Origin: Klebsormidium nitens
Lineage: Eukaryota > Plantae > Klebsormidiophyceae
Direction: 5' to 3'
Assembly: GCA_000708835.1 (NCBI GenBank)
Contig: DF237256.1
Coordinates: forward strand, 43,856 to 107,855
Length of the DNA: 64,000 nt
The notes under the pieces are model-generated. The model saw nothing but the letters and a program-made list of their open reading frames with translations, did not search any database and was not told the origin of the DNA. A program made the position numbers and the translations under genes. Positions 38,201 through 50,687 of the stretch are shown here, piece by piece (within the stretch, counting starts at the first letter, position 1; each line of letters opens with the position of its first letter).

Positions 38201-38503
38201 AGCACTTGCCTCGCATCTGTTTCCTGGTGATCCGTTGTCGGATAGGAGAGCAGTTGCTGGTTTCCACGTCCTTTTAGAAGCGCCGAGTCTTAGCCATGAC
38301 GTGCGAAGAAGACCGCACCTGGCTGAAGGCTTGTTTCTATTTCTTGCAGCTACATGGGCACTGAGGAAAACTTGCTGGCCATTCTGTACGCGCGCTTCCC
38401 GGAGCTCTTCCACGCTTTCGACAACGACTCAAGGGGGACGCCGTGCGACAACTGCGCCGCCTTTTCGGCGAACCTTGAGCGGTACAAAGCAACGGCACAA
38501 TGA
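32283..38503 (+). CDS. Type II membrane protein: GT-A (GT2-like) glycosyltransferase domain, coiled-coil linker, HtrL/YibB-family domain (10 exons)
   Basis: Exons 32283-32302, 32951-33707, 34072-34282, 34619-34712, 35027-35194, 35482-35742, 35966-36775, 37164-37327, 37692-37967 and 38350-38503 join in frame. N-terminal TM (LGTFLAFVLLSIMLYSVAL) followed by an acidic stem. GT-A-like motifs TLTIGVLVYKEKESL, LVLFLEKDW, VVRYRHR, WTNNP, GLFTH. C-terminal ITLVTALLDLGRG..KR..EYFARF, YNPLVMSKPFLL..NPFGTKYFMFLDAG, GGILGG, TEENLL..LYARFPELF. The first micro-exon and start codon are inferred. Confidence 0.78.
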
Positions 38504-39640
38504 ACGGGTTTGCAAAATGGGTCCGAGACTGTTTCATTTGTCAGTTACTAAGTAAAAAGAACGGGAAGAAAGTAGTGGTCGCCAGAGTTTGTTAAGAATC
38601 ACGCTATTTATTCAGGAGAAACTTGTCCTCGCGGGGTCAGAAACATGAATTGCAATTGTGCGCACATGATCGGACAAAGGTGAACGTGCAGTGCATCAGT
38701 GAACGTAGAGACCGTCGCTCTTACGCTTGAACCCCTAGTCTCATGGTTGACGTGGTAATAGGAAGGCGCGAATGCTTTGTGACCGTGACATCCTGGTAAA
38801 GCCACGATCTTGAGCGCATCAATCTGAATCGATCGGCATTCAACCATGCCTGTGTACTAGAAGTCATGCCTCATAGAATCCTGAGGGTCATCGATCTGCA
38901 GACTGGCAGATGCAACTGCGATCCTGGTACGCGATGGTCCAAGAGCACACTGAGATACGAGGTTCAAAGCGCAAATACTCTTCATGCGGACCGCCTCATA
39001 TCCGGCCGTACTTGGATTCCACACACAATGTGGCCGCGGCACCGTCCATGTCGAGCTTGAATTCGCGTCGGCCACCGTTAACCAGTATATAGTGCATGCA
39101 CACCTTATGTACATATGGTGTTCCTGCCACGCTGCCACATGTGATCATGTTGAAGCTGTATAACGATCCGATCATTCCGGTGCCACAGCATGCGGCCTAG
39201 CTACGTCCAGACGAGCAGGCCTAGGCGGGCGGTCGACGTTGAAATCTATGTCATCAATACGGGACGATTAGCTGTCTGAGTCGATCATTAACACAGAGCT
39301 CTGTGGGCAGCATACCATGCTTTATGAACCGGATATACGAGCAGTTTCAGATATTTCTATGGATGAGCGAATCCAGAGTTACCAAGCAAATTGTTCACGG
39401 TTTCCTCCAACGATCCATGATCGTTTCGGGCAGCTTTCGTGATATCGAAGATCAGGAGTTATAGATGTGTAACATTATAAACATGGTACATTTCGAGGAT
39501 ATGCTGGTATATCTTTACGACACAGGCAGCTTGCTGGCACCCAACCTGAAATACACGCGGTGCATGATATCATGCATCAAATTGCGTCGTCAATGAAAGA
39601 CCCGTGACCTTGCGATGCGCAAATGTCCCAGATACGCTGC

Positions 39641-41340
39641 TCAACTATTCCGCACCCCGCCCATGAATGTGCTTGGATCAGGAACTTGACCAGAAAACTC
39701 GGCTCCAGAGAAGTCGAAGCCAGGATTCTGCAAAATGGGCAGAAAGGGGTTGAAGAGTCTTCTCGTTCAAGGACAAGCCCTCCAGATCCGAAAGTTAGTC
39801 CAGATTCGGATACCGAAGCAAGGGCGACATCTTGCATCTGCCTATCGTCATTCGATCTATTAGAAGTCACTAGGCAATTTGCAACTTCGAGGCTACTGAG
39901 TTCCGAACTTTGAATTGAGATGCGACTTTGAATCATAACAACAAGGGATGTTGGCCGAGAGTACTGCAAGGAGGTGTGCCCCCTCACCTCCTGTTGGAAA
40001 CGCTCCAGCATGAGCCGCTTCTGCTCCTGCTCGCTGGACAGGGGGTCTAGGGAGGTGTGCCCTGCCAGCGCAGATTGCCACGCCTTGCCCCGCTCCGCTT
40101 TCTGCAGTGTGACGTGCAGGACCCCGTCCTCTGCCATGAGAAGACGCAAGCGATGAGGATGCCAGAGAAATTGCTCGGATGCAGAGAGAGAGAAAGCGTA
40201 GCGAAAGAGTGTTCAGCGGTGCGACGTTGATAGGGCCAGAATTACATCCTCGGAATTTTTGCAGAGGTTCAAAGGGATGAGACGAGTCTGCATCAGCGGG
40301 CCTTGCTGAGTGACCACATGTAGTTCCAGATAGGGCAAGAGGTTAGAGGCGAATCCAGCCAGCCTGGCTGATCAAATTGGGGTAGACGGATGTCGCACAG
40401 ATACCCTTAACCTGGCGCTTACCCACTGTCCAGAAAGATGAGTCCTTCTTCACCTTCTCGCACAGTGCATGCTGCAAAACACAGATGTTTGAGAAGTTTA
40501 TTGACCACCGACTCGCAATCAGTGAGAGAGATCTGGCTTCGTAAGGACTGAGGCCAAGTTCACAGATGAGATGACAGAAGTCCTGCAATTTTCTCTGTAG
40601 GTAGCAAGTTCAGAGGAGCTCCGAGGCGATTCTAATAACCCAAGAAACTGTAGCAATCCTTTTCTACATGGAACGAATTGCTGCGCCCCGAATAAGATGC
40701 AGCTTGCTGATGCAAGGGGGTGATTCAAGGAATCTCGAAAAACATCTCCTTTGGAAGATCGAAATGGATTTGCTTTCTTACATCCAGGTAGGGCGGGTTG
40801 CCCTTGATGCCCACCCTCAGGTGGTTTGGCAGTACATCACAATCCAGCTGCTTTGCCTTGACTCCGCTCGGCAGGTCAATGTACACATTCACTTCATCCA
40901 GGCTCTGATCCCATTCATATATCTTCTGGCCTGGAGCGAAGGGAGAAGCAAAGAGGAGGGCGTCATGGATATTCTAAGAAGTTCTGCTTTCCAGTTTTGA
41001 ACTTCAGCGAGAAGTTCCATGAACCTGTCAGCCTTGCGGCACCAGAAGTCACGCATCCTAAGCAGGCACTGCCCAAAAGCTAGCGGATATCTCGACAGGT
41101 TTTCAAGTTTCTCTGGGAGCTTGAAGAAGTTTGATGCAAAGGGTGGTGAATTCAGCAAACGGGCACCCTCATCACTGACCGAAGCACCCTGACGCATCTT
41201 GTATCAAGTTGCACAGCATTGGAGTACTTTTTAAGAATGTCTCCACATTCCTGCTCATCCTGTTTCTTCTGCTCACATGTCAGGAACTCACCATGATGGA
41301 CAAAAGCGTGCCTCCGGTCCGGTGCGAGTTTTTCAGACAT
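39641..41340 (-). CDS. NUDCD2: NudC domain-containing protein 2 (CS/p23-like co-chaperone)
   Basis: Five exons give [118 protein letters not shown], the typical NUDCD2 pattern. Confidence 0.92.
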
Positions 41341-42175
41341 TTTCTCAAGTCATTGCACTACCTCAAAGAGTGCCTCTAGGAGACATCTAGAGCACTAACT
41401 GCAGTTCAGATTTCTTCTTCAAAGCTTCACGTTCGAGGCAGCTCTCTCAAGCTTGTGGTGGTCGTCTTGTTTTCCAATCACTCTTCCACGCCACTCTCCA
41501 TTGGCAGCATCCATCGCCTAGATCATGGGCATTGCGCTTGAGTGACAGCGACTGTAGCTAGCAATGACATCAGATGCTTACGGATGCGAAGTCATTTGCC
41601 TTGGAGTGGCACCAACGCTGGGGAGAACCTTCACTTTCAGGCCTTGACTGAAGCCTGTGAAGGGATCCGCCTCGCTTTGCTTCAAGTTCTGCTCACTGAC
41701 AAGATCAGCTCAGAGGAACCCGACTGGATAACTCAGTCTCAAGTGTAACCGCCAGCCTATAGGTCGACCGTATGACGCTGCAGCTGTCAGGATTTATGAG
41801 TTGTAATTTTCCACCTTGGGCTGGGAGTCTGGCAGTGGTAGTGTCGCAGCGTTACTTAGACGGTTTTGAACACGAGTTCCACTGGCGTATGAAAATTAGT
41901 AAAGTCCTACCTATGCACCGGTTAGGAAGAGTGGTCAGCCTCAAGGCAAAAGTTGAACGCTGGAGGCAGCTGGAGGGGCAATTGAACCTGATGAAGAGCT
42001 AGTGCTTTCATTGTCAACTTCAACTTTAAGTTGTGCCAGTTGGTGGTGGTTGCTTTGCTTCTCTGGCTTCGCCCTGGGCCTCGGGGACAGCTCGTGAAGA
42101 TCTTTGGATCAAAGCGAGTGCGTCAAGCCAGCCAACTCCCCGTTGCTTAGTTTCTTCCTGAGCAACGGAATGACC

Positions 42176-44271
42176 ATGGGGCCCAACCCTTTTGAAGAGC
42201 TGGCAGAAAAGTTCAGGGAGCTCCAACAAGGAGCTGGAGAACACTTAGGCAAGCTGCGGCAAGCTGCGGAGGCACTGGCAGCAAACTTTGATCCGAAGAA
42301 ACGGGAGCAGAAGCGGCGAGAAGCAGCAGCTGAAAGCAGTAGCCAGCAGTTTGGAAGGCAAAGCTCAAACGGCCATTCTGTAATTCATAGAAGGGGACAC
42401 GTGCAGGGGCCAAAGAAGGTCCACCCAATTGCTGCCGTTTCGGTTACAGAGAAGAAACACACTAGCAAGGTCATTGCCAAGCAGCAATTGGTGCAAGACA
42501 GCTTTCGGGGCGGCAAGCTCAACGCAGTGAATTCCGCAGCGCTGGTCGTTGAAAAAGATGAGCCAATCGCTGAGGTCAGTGTCCAGCCTCGGTGGTCCTG
42601 CTTGGCTCATGCAACTCTGAGGTTCCCGACAAGCAGCGTTCTAGCTTGGAATGGGGAACTAAGTGCATCAGAAGCAAGGCCCACCATTCAGAATACTAGG
42701 CTGTTGTACCACCACCTTGCACAAGAGTAGGCGAAGTTGCCAGTGCGCATCTGCGTTGATCATCATGTTTCTACCTCCAGCCCCTTCTTAATCTACCACC
42801 ATCGCCACCATGTGTTGTGATTGTTTCTCTTGAAGCAGACTGAGCAACCCAGACAGTGTTCGGTTAGCAAATCCGGGTTCAATCTATGCAGGCTCCTGCA
42901 TCGGCTGCAGTCCATGCTCGCGAAGAACTAGGCCGGTCCACATGGACTATGTTGCACATGTTGGCAGCTCAGGTATGCTGCCAGCAGTATTCTTCTTCCT
43001 CGGGGCTGAACGCCTCATCGTTTTTGGTCCACTCAGACGTCTGTACTTGTGAGCAGCACTTACGGTTGTACTTGGGCAGCCTATCTACCTGCTTAAGGGG
43101 ACTTGGAGACTGTTTGGTCAACCAGTGTCGTGCGGTTTCCAGTAGGTTGCTGACTGGTCAAATGTGGTGGCACGGGTGGTGGTTTGCTGTGGGCCACCTA
43201 ATTAGTGCCCCAATTTTTAAATTGCAGTACCCTGAGCAACCAACGAAGCAGCAGCAGAAGGACGTTAAGACCCTGGTAAGGCAGATGTCTTTCCTCACAT
43301 GCCTTTTTGCTCCTTGCGAAACTCCCCTAGTTGAAATCGCTAAGCTCTCTAAGTAAGCCCTCTGGATCCAACTTGTGACCAAGCTGGGTTGCTTGCACCT
43401 TACGCGAAAATTCTCCTAGCATTTTGGAGAGTGACAATCCTGTGTGTGTTGTCAAATCTAAAGCAGAGTAACCCCTTGAGTTTGAAGGCTCTGACAAGTT
43501 TTGGTGACCTTGACCCTGTACTCTACTTGCGCATATGATTGGCATCCTTGGCTTGCAGATGGAATTGATGACAAGAATATATCCGTGCAAGATGTGTGCG
43601 GACCACTTTAAGGAGGTGCTGAAGTAAGTTTCTCTCGCGATTGCGTCGGCCCTTATATCTGGAAAGCGAACTCTCGTTTTCTTAACATAGCCACAAGAAG
43701 TTACAGACAGAGTTGGGGACCAGGTAGCTTGATGCTGTACAAAGGGACCCTTGTTCCTCAGAGTCAAGAAACCCAGATTAGAGAAATCCGCTTTGCACCT
43801 TAAGAGGACCTTGGATATCTGCTTGCCTGCAACTTTACACGAGCACTACAAATTCCCATCATCTAGGCGACTTCAGTAAGATGAAGTATATCGTGGATCC
43901 GGTTTCACTGATCCCTACGTGCATTCTTCTGCAGGGCACATCCTGTCCAGGCAGACTCGGGCTTCGAACTAGCCCAATGGATGTGCCAAGTCCATAACGT
44001 GGTGAACAGAAGGTGAGATGCATCCAACTCGACTGGACAGCGATTGCTGTGGCCATCTCTGGCATCGTTTTATGCGAATGTCAAGGTTGATTTCGCCCAT
44101 GCAACCGTTCAGAGCTCCTTCAGACCGTGTGCGGAGTGGCCATTCTCACCTTATCGTGTCGTCTGCAGCCTCAACAAGCCGTTGTTCCCTTGTCAACGGG
44201 TGGATGCTCGGTGGGGGGCATTGAATTGTGATGAGGATGCTTGCAGCTTAGAAGACCGCTCAATAAAATAG
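42176..44271 (+). CDS. ERV1: Erv1/ALR FAD-linked sulfhydryl oxidase (mitochondrial intermembrane space)
   Basis: [41 protein letters not shown] (CxxC)..ELAQWMCQVHNVVNRSLNKPLFPC..W, plus the plant-type C-terminal CX4C (CDEDAC). An alternative ATG lies at 42170. Confidence 0.93.
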
Positions 44272-45271
44272 AGGTCAATACTTTCTACGGACAAGGGCAA
44301 TCATAGCAGATGTCAGAGATCAGCGGTTTAATGAGCTGGACGGCATGAATCCCCAGGTAACTTTTCAAGATTCAATCTTGCATTCTTCGAAGGTGAGCTC
44401 TTAGCGGAGCTTTGGGCATGGCCAGCCTCTAAGCCCCTGGGAAGTGGTAGAGCGGAAGCGCTATCTTCCCGGATCTGTAAAGTGAATGGCTGATTAAGTG
44501 CGATTCTTCTTTCAGAATTCTGGTAAACGTATTGCCCAGATTAAGCCGTGAAGGTACTGGTATAGCTGCTGTCTCATGGTCATATTGACCACTATTGTAT
44601 GGGGCCTTTTAAGCGGCCAAATTCTTAGAACAGGGCGGCTTGAACGAACTTATTCACAAGTCATATTCTAATCGGTAGAGCTAAAAGCGAGTATCTTCGA
44701 GTATTTGTAATGATCGTTTTTGCATCTGATCTCAATCGTTTGCTTGCACATGTACGACTGACTGAGTGGGATCGATCATGTCTCTTTTGGGAAAGTCCCG
44801 GTCACCGATTAATCCGATATATCGACTCGTGCATAACTTGATCAAAGGCCCATTCCGGTGAACTTGGCAGGATCATGGCGCCCGAATGTATGCATCGTCG
44901 GATCGCATCTCCATCCACAAATCCAACTAGCTTGCATGCAGTCGTAAGGCCGGATAGCATCGAAGCACTGAAGACGCGCAATTCAAGTACATGGATTTCC
45001 TCGGCCACTTCACGGATAGGGTCGGCACTGGAAGACGGGATGGAATCTTCATATGAGTGCCACTGCACGTAAATCGGCATCACAATGGACACAAATCGAC
45101 CGCACTCGGGAACAACCGTGACTGGGTGCGCTCAGGACAACTATTGCCGTACGCGTCCCAGTCCCTACGCTTGTTCCGGTTCCACATGCTATAGCTCTCT
45201 GCAGACTTCACCAGGGCTCTTCGAGCATTAGACGGAAATCAACCTCTGAACCTACCTATCGAGTCCGCTGA

Positions 45272-48200
45272 CTAGCTGCGCGTGATCCTCGTCAAGAGCT
45301 CCAAGCCAACGACAGGTACATCTGCCGGTACCTACAGACTTGAAACACGGCGTCAGCGGCTTCTGTCATCGCAAAGTAAGGAAAACTAACATAAAACTTT
45401 TCTCTACCACTTGACGTGCTCGACGTTGGGTACAATGCTTAATTTACATTCGCGGACTCGAACCTTTGAAGCTGGTAAAAGATAAGGTGCAAATAGCGTG
45501 ATTCAAATTGTCAGGAAAAGCAAAGTCCGGCACTCTTGATTCCAAGAGAAGAAACGGAAGCACGAGGAAACCAGACGCACCATGTGACCCGCGTTCAAGA
45601 TCCAGTAGAAGGCCAGGTTGTCGGAAGCCTTGACGAACGCTACCACCTGCGGGGACGCTTCCACGTAGATGGGCTGCCGCTGCGCCTTGTTCCACGTGTC
45701 GAGCCCCGGCCACCTGAAAGATCGCCAACGATACTAGATGGTTGGTCCTGGAAACCAAGGCACTCTGACAAAAGACTGGCTGCGGAGCCGACTACGTGCT
45801 GCAATGGGGGTTTCCCAGACTTCAATCAAGATCTGTGTGTTGCAACTCTAATCTGCATGTAGGGTGTCAAAATCACAAGCGCTTTGCGGGGATGCGAACT
45901 GATGCGCGACTTTTGATGTCGTTTGCACATACGGGACCCAACTACCTTCCGAGAGATCGAAAACACAAAAAACTGCAAGAAATTGCAGGAATAGAGGGCC
46001 CCTTGAATGAACACATGCCCGGACGTTGCAAGAAAGCACTTACTTGGAGCTTTGCATCCAAGCCTGCGTGCCGGTGGTACAGCAAATCAGGTCCAGCTGC
46101 GGCGGAAAGATACGGCACTTGAAGAAGCTGATAGCGGCGGGCACGAAGTTTGAAGCGCGACGATCAAATGACGGAACGCGTTGTGCGTTCACAAACGATA
46201 TGCGGATTCTGAGAAGTAGAATGACGGACTGGATGCTCTGATGCGATGGTCCGATCGGGGGATGAATAAATACAAAGTTTAGATTGACAGAACAGTGGCG
46301 AGCGCTGCTCCGACGATGGACATGTCAATTAGTCCAATGCCTACTAATCAATTGCCACGTCATCCCTTCCAACAGCGTCCCGGCCCCGGTCCTTAAAACT
46401 TACTGATTCTCCTTGAACAGGAAGAAAAACAAATGTAAGGAGCAATCACCTGTCCACTGTACACGGTGACGCTCACCCCGGTAGCCAGAAGAGCTTCTAC
46501 CTGCACAAGCAACATGCGAGCCGTCGGCCAACGCATGAGGTGGGTGATATACGTGCGCGACTTCTTGGAGATCTCAAGTACGCTTCCATAAAGCAGCCGA
46601 TGGGGATCCTCGTAGATCAACATTCTATGATGCAGGTCGCAGAATCATTCGAAGAATGCACACTCAGAAACTGTGGTTCGCCGTTCCTCTACCCCGATGC
46701 GAACAATCAGCAACTGCAAGAGAAAGCAGTCGGCCGCTGAAAAAATGCAGAGAAGTGGACAACGAAGGGCAGCAACGTCGTCGACAACGCTGGAGCTTTG
46801 AGGAATCACAAGTCTCTCGGCTGCTTAAAACTGGTTCGCGTTATTGTGGCTGCTCGCGTCTTTGCGTTTGGTTTCATGGTAGGGCGTTTTCCGAGATCTT
46901 CGAAGTCAAAGCGCCCACCTTGTCGACTACGGGCTTCATGAAGTCTCCTGCCAGGCGCGCGAACACCTGGGTCGACTGCCCACCCCACCTGCGAAGAAAG
47001 CGTGCCATGATGTCAGATGCACGGAGCGGATATCGTCCCGTCGCAGACACTGCTACGTGGACAATTTAGTTGTTGACTTGGAAGAACGCTCTGGAGAGAC
47101 TCCGTGCTCGACATCATGCATCAAAAATCGACATTCGTCTCCAGTCTCTTGAGAAGAGAACTCAAAAATGCTGCGACTCTTTTCGCCGATCATTTTTTAA
47201 CACTCGAGATGTTGAAAACAGGCAATGAATACGGCTGGCATTCTGCCGGAAGACCTTCGAAGCAGAGTCTGACCTGACGTTTTTGGGAATGATTCCGAGC
47301 TTTTGTCGGATCGGCCCGTTCATCAGCCCATCCAACGGGTCTGTATGCAGTCGATCGACGTACTTCGTCCTCAGCTTTTCCACAGCCTCGGCAAAGAGTG
47401 CGCCCCCCGAAACCGCCCCCTCTTCTGTATCCAAGGCCGCAGCGTGCAGTTTCCTAACCGTCTGATCCGTCGCTCCCATGTTCTGCGGTCTTTTTCTTCG
47501 TAGGCGCAAGCTTTGCTGCGAGGCGCGGGCCTCCGACACTCTCTGAAGGTTTCGCTCGACCGACTCTAGGACTGCTTCGCTCCAGGCCAGGCGTTCGCTT
47601 TTAGAACACTCGTCGGATGCCAGATTGGGCGGGGAGTGCAGCAGAAGGTTGTAGAAGTTGACGTTCTCGGAGTAGGTCTCAATGATGTCCTCCGTGGCGG
47701 CCCACAGGCTGGTCGCGTTCGTGAACGCGTCGGCTTCGAGCGCTCTCTCGGTGGCGTCCGCAAACCTAGCGAATAGAGCTGATGGTGAGGGGATAAACGT
47801 GGCTCGTTGGTAAACGGTGCCACTTTCGTGTTCGTCTGGTAGTGATCGTGCTCTATTAAAAAACGGCCTCGAGCGCTATTTGGATGGCGTTTGCGAGCCT
47901 AGCAGGTAAAAAGGCCCGACGCGTGACAGCGCAGATGTGTCTCATCGTCAAACTCCAGAGACGGACAAAGCTTTAGAGGTCGTGCCCACGTGTCCACAAG
48001 AACAGCAAGTCAGACGCGCCTATAATTAAAATCAACAGAATACTTGCGAAGAGGTGCACAATACGAGATACCTTCGCAGGAATTCTGCACAGCAAATGAA
48101 GTTCGAATTTACTGAAGTGCTAAAACACCACGGTAGAGGGCTGAAGAACGACGAAGGAAGCCACTCTTCTTTTCTTTGTGAAGGTCGTGATTGTCGCGCT

Positions 48201-50187
48201 GGTTGAGTTCAGGAGACTGGCGAGAAGTCCCGCAGAAGTACGTTCTTAGAACCCCAGCACCAAGCTTTTCCATCCTTAGTAACGGGTCGACTGGGTAGAC
48301 TGGCGAGTAAAGGATCATAATTCCATCCTTAGTAACGGGTCGACTGGGTAGACTTTTTAGTAAAGGATCATAAGGTGGTTATTCTGCCAGGCTGGCGGTC
48401 CAGGGGCCTCACTTTTGGATGGCGTCCGTTTCCACTCTGTCCACCAGCGAGTAGGACTGGAGCAGGGGACCCCACGCCAGGACATAGTCGATGGGCGAGA
48501 TCCACGAGTCACCAAGCGCGACGCCTGCAGCCACCGGAGAGCAGGAGAACGCATCTCAAAGTCAAGGTCGGCAGAGCTCATACTGAGAGAACCTCACTAC
48601 AAACACTTCGAGACACAGATCTTGCGAGTATGTGCCTCCGACTCGTGCTTTTACAAGAGTTCGCTGTTCTATGGTCTGCTTTTCGAACCAACTATCAAAG
48701 AGAGTTCAGTGGGGTTTGGCAATTGGTTTACAGAGATTGTAGAGTCTTCCGCACCCAGCTTCATATTACAAAATTGAATTCATTTGATCTGGACGTGCAA
48801 AAATCGCAGGCCCACCTCTGAAGTTGGTCTTCACCTGGCCCTTTTGGACCGCTCTGTGCAACTCGAGACCGAATTCCCCCGTCATCTTCCCGCCGTAGCT
48901 CTCGCAGATGATGTAAAAGGGGGTCGCTTGAAGGGCGGGGTGCTCCTCAAAGAAGGCCGCAGCAAAGGCGACCAGGTCGGCAGCAATTTCAGCGTTGGTC
49001 CGGGTCAGCTGGGAAGCTTTCTCGACATAGCTGAAGCCTGGGAAGGAGGAGCAGTGGTGGTGATTACGACTGCTGTAGGAGCGCTGGGAAGACATGCAAT
49101 TGCTGAAGTAACTAGCCGAAACTGGGGCACAATCCTCATTTGAAAAGCACGTCAGGAGAATCTACTCAGTTTTCCACCCATTCCAACGTTTGACTATCAA
49201 GAGGAGAGCAGATGTGGCTCCTATCTTGCACCGAGCTAATCAGGGCATTAACAGGGGGGGGAAAATAATCGTCAGACTTAGGCATGCTGGACCTCTTACC
49301 TGTTCCTACAGGGTTGTCGACGAAAAGCAGGTGCGCCTTCTGGAGCCATGTGTGGGGGCGTGGCTCTAGATTGAGGTTGAGAGGCCCGATCTCAGCAAAG
49401 TTGCCGAAGCCCACCCCAGATGCCCCGGGCCCACCCTGGGGGGGAGGACAAACCAGAGTAAATAAAGACATAACATGATTGACTATGATTCTGCATCAAG
49501 AGGAACGGTGGACAAGCAGGCCTGATTTCCATCAAGCACTGATGTACGGATCACGAAGCTGGATCCTTTGCATCGCGCCAGACAGGTCTTTCAAGAATTT
49601 TCTAGCTGAAGTGTTGTGGAAAGCTGACCTGTAGCCACAGCACCAGGGGCACCGTTGCATCGTGGACGGAAGCTAATGTCGCGTTGCTGTAGTACAACCA
49701 CCAGAAAGTGTGCGCACCTGGATTCCACAGGTGCTTACGTCAGCCCCAAGCAGGACACGTGGTCGATGAACGCAAGGACAGAGTGTGCAGTGTCATTTTG
49801 GAGCAATATACTAAGTCCAAAAATATGCTACCTGAGCAGCTGTACCTCCAAGACTAGGAGCAACTATCATAACAGACAAAAGTAATGCAGCATTGCTAGC
49901 TCACTAAAAGGTCCTCTTCAGTACATCCCATGAGCAAGCATGTATGACGTGTTTGAAGTTGATTGCACACGGGCAGGCTCCATCAAGTGATAAACCAACG
50001 TCGCACCTTCTCGGACTTCGGTGTACCCCCATTCCTCCGAGCCATCGAGTGCGCCACCTCGAGTTGGCTGCAGTCTGCATTGCACATGTTCTGCCTGCCA
50101 AGCTGCTAAGAGAATGACAGCAAGCCATCTGAACCTGGCAATCTGGCCCCAATGGCGGACAGGTCCGCAAACTTTGATTTGCCCCAT
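45272..50187 (-). CDS. SCPL51: Serine carboxypeptidase-like 51 / SCPEP1 (peptidase S10)
   Basis: Signal-peptide-like N-term. DGSEEWGYTEVR, AHTFWWLY, LWLQGGPGASGVGFGNFAEIGP, LLFVDNPVGTG, catalytic ESYGGK, LGDSWISP, GQLDLICC (Asp), YWILNAGHMVPAD (His). Stop at 45274-45272. About 12 exons. Confidence 0.92.
48268..48373. repeat. 53-bp tandem duplication inside an SCPL intron
   Basis: TTCCATCCTTAGTAACGGGTCGACTGGGTAGACT[GGCG/TTTT]AGTAAAGGATCATAA twice (48268-48320, 48321-48373), with 4 adjacent mismatches. Confidence 0.9.
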
Positions 50188-50687
50188 GATTGCGCCTCGG
50201 AACAAGAAACTTGAAACTCGAAATGCACAAAATCGGCATGAGACAGCAGCCTCAGTCGATCGGCTCAGTTGCAATTGCAGCACATGCATGCGCTACAATT
50301 CAACAGGGCGTAAGAACAACCGTCGATTTGTTCACGTGCACTGACACGCTGGCCCTCGTGACCATCCAACGCTTTCGAAGCAACTTCAATTTCGCGGGCT
50401 GTATCCGTCCGATGACGGCAACAATCATCGACGGTAATCGTCCGAGCATTTTGGCGCTGGTGTGATGCAGAACCCTAATCTTCAGTGGACCTCCCGGCCA
50501 TGTGCAATTTAGCAGCAGCTTGAACGGCAGAGGGCGGCAGAGACAAAAGCTAGCATTGTGCAAGCTAAGTAAGACAACTCCAGCTCCAGGTGGACCCTTT
50601 GCCTTCGTTTGGAGGCAACAATCAACCTTGTCAGCATAGTCCAACATTCGCTCGCTTCCTGCTGGGGCGCTGTTAACTTTTCTGACC

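Noticed and set aside
32283-38503. Bacterial contamination or recent HGT as the explanation for the HtrL domain
   Set aside because: The gene has nine ordinary GT-AG introns, a eukaryotic type II membrane anchor and host-like codon usage.
40889-41197. 102-aa ORF and a C-box-like GTGATGA inside NUDCD2 intron 1
   Set aside because: The ORF runs out of frame into the next exon with no known motif. C/D box spacing and terminal stem do not fit a snoRNA.
44802-45092. 96-aa minus-strand ORF between ERV1 and SCPL51
   Set aside because: It falls in the probable SCPL 3' UTR, starts at a non-ATG codon in the track, and has no recognisable domain.
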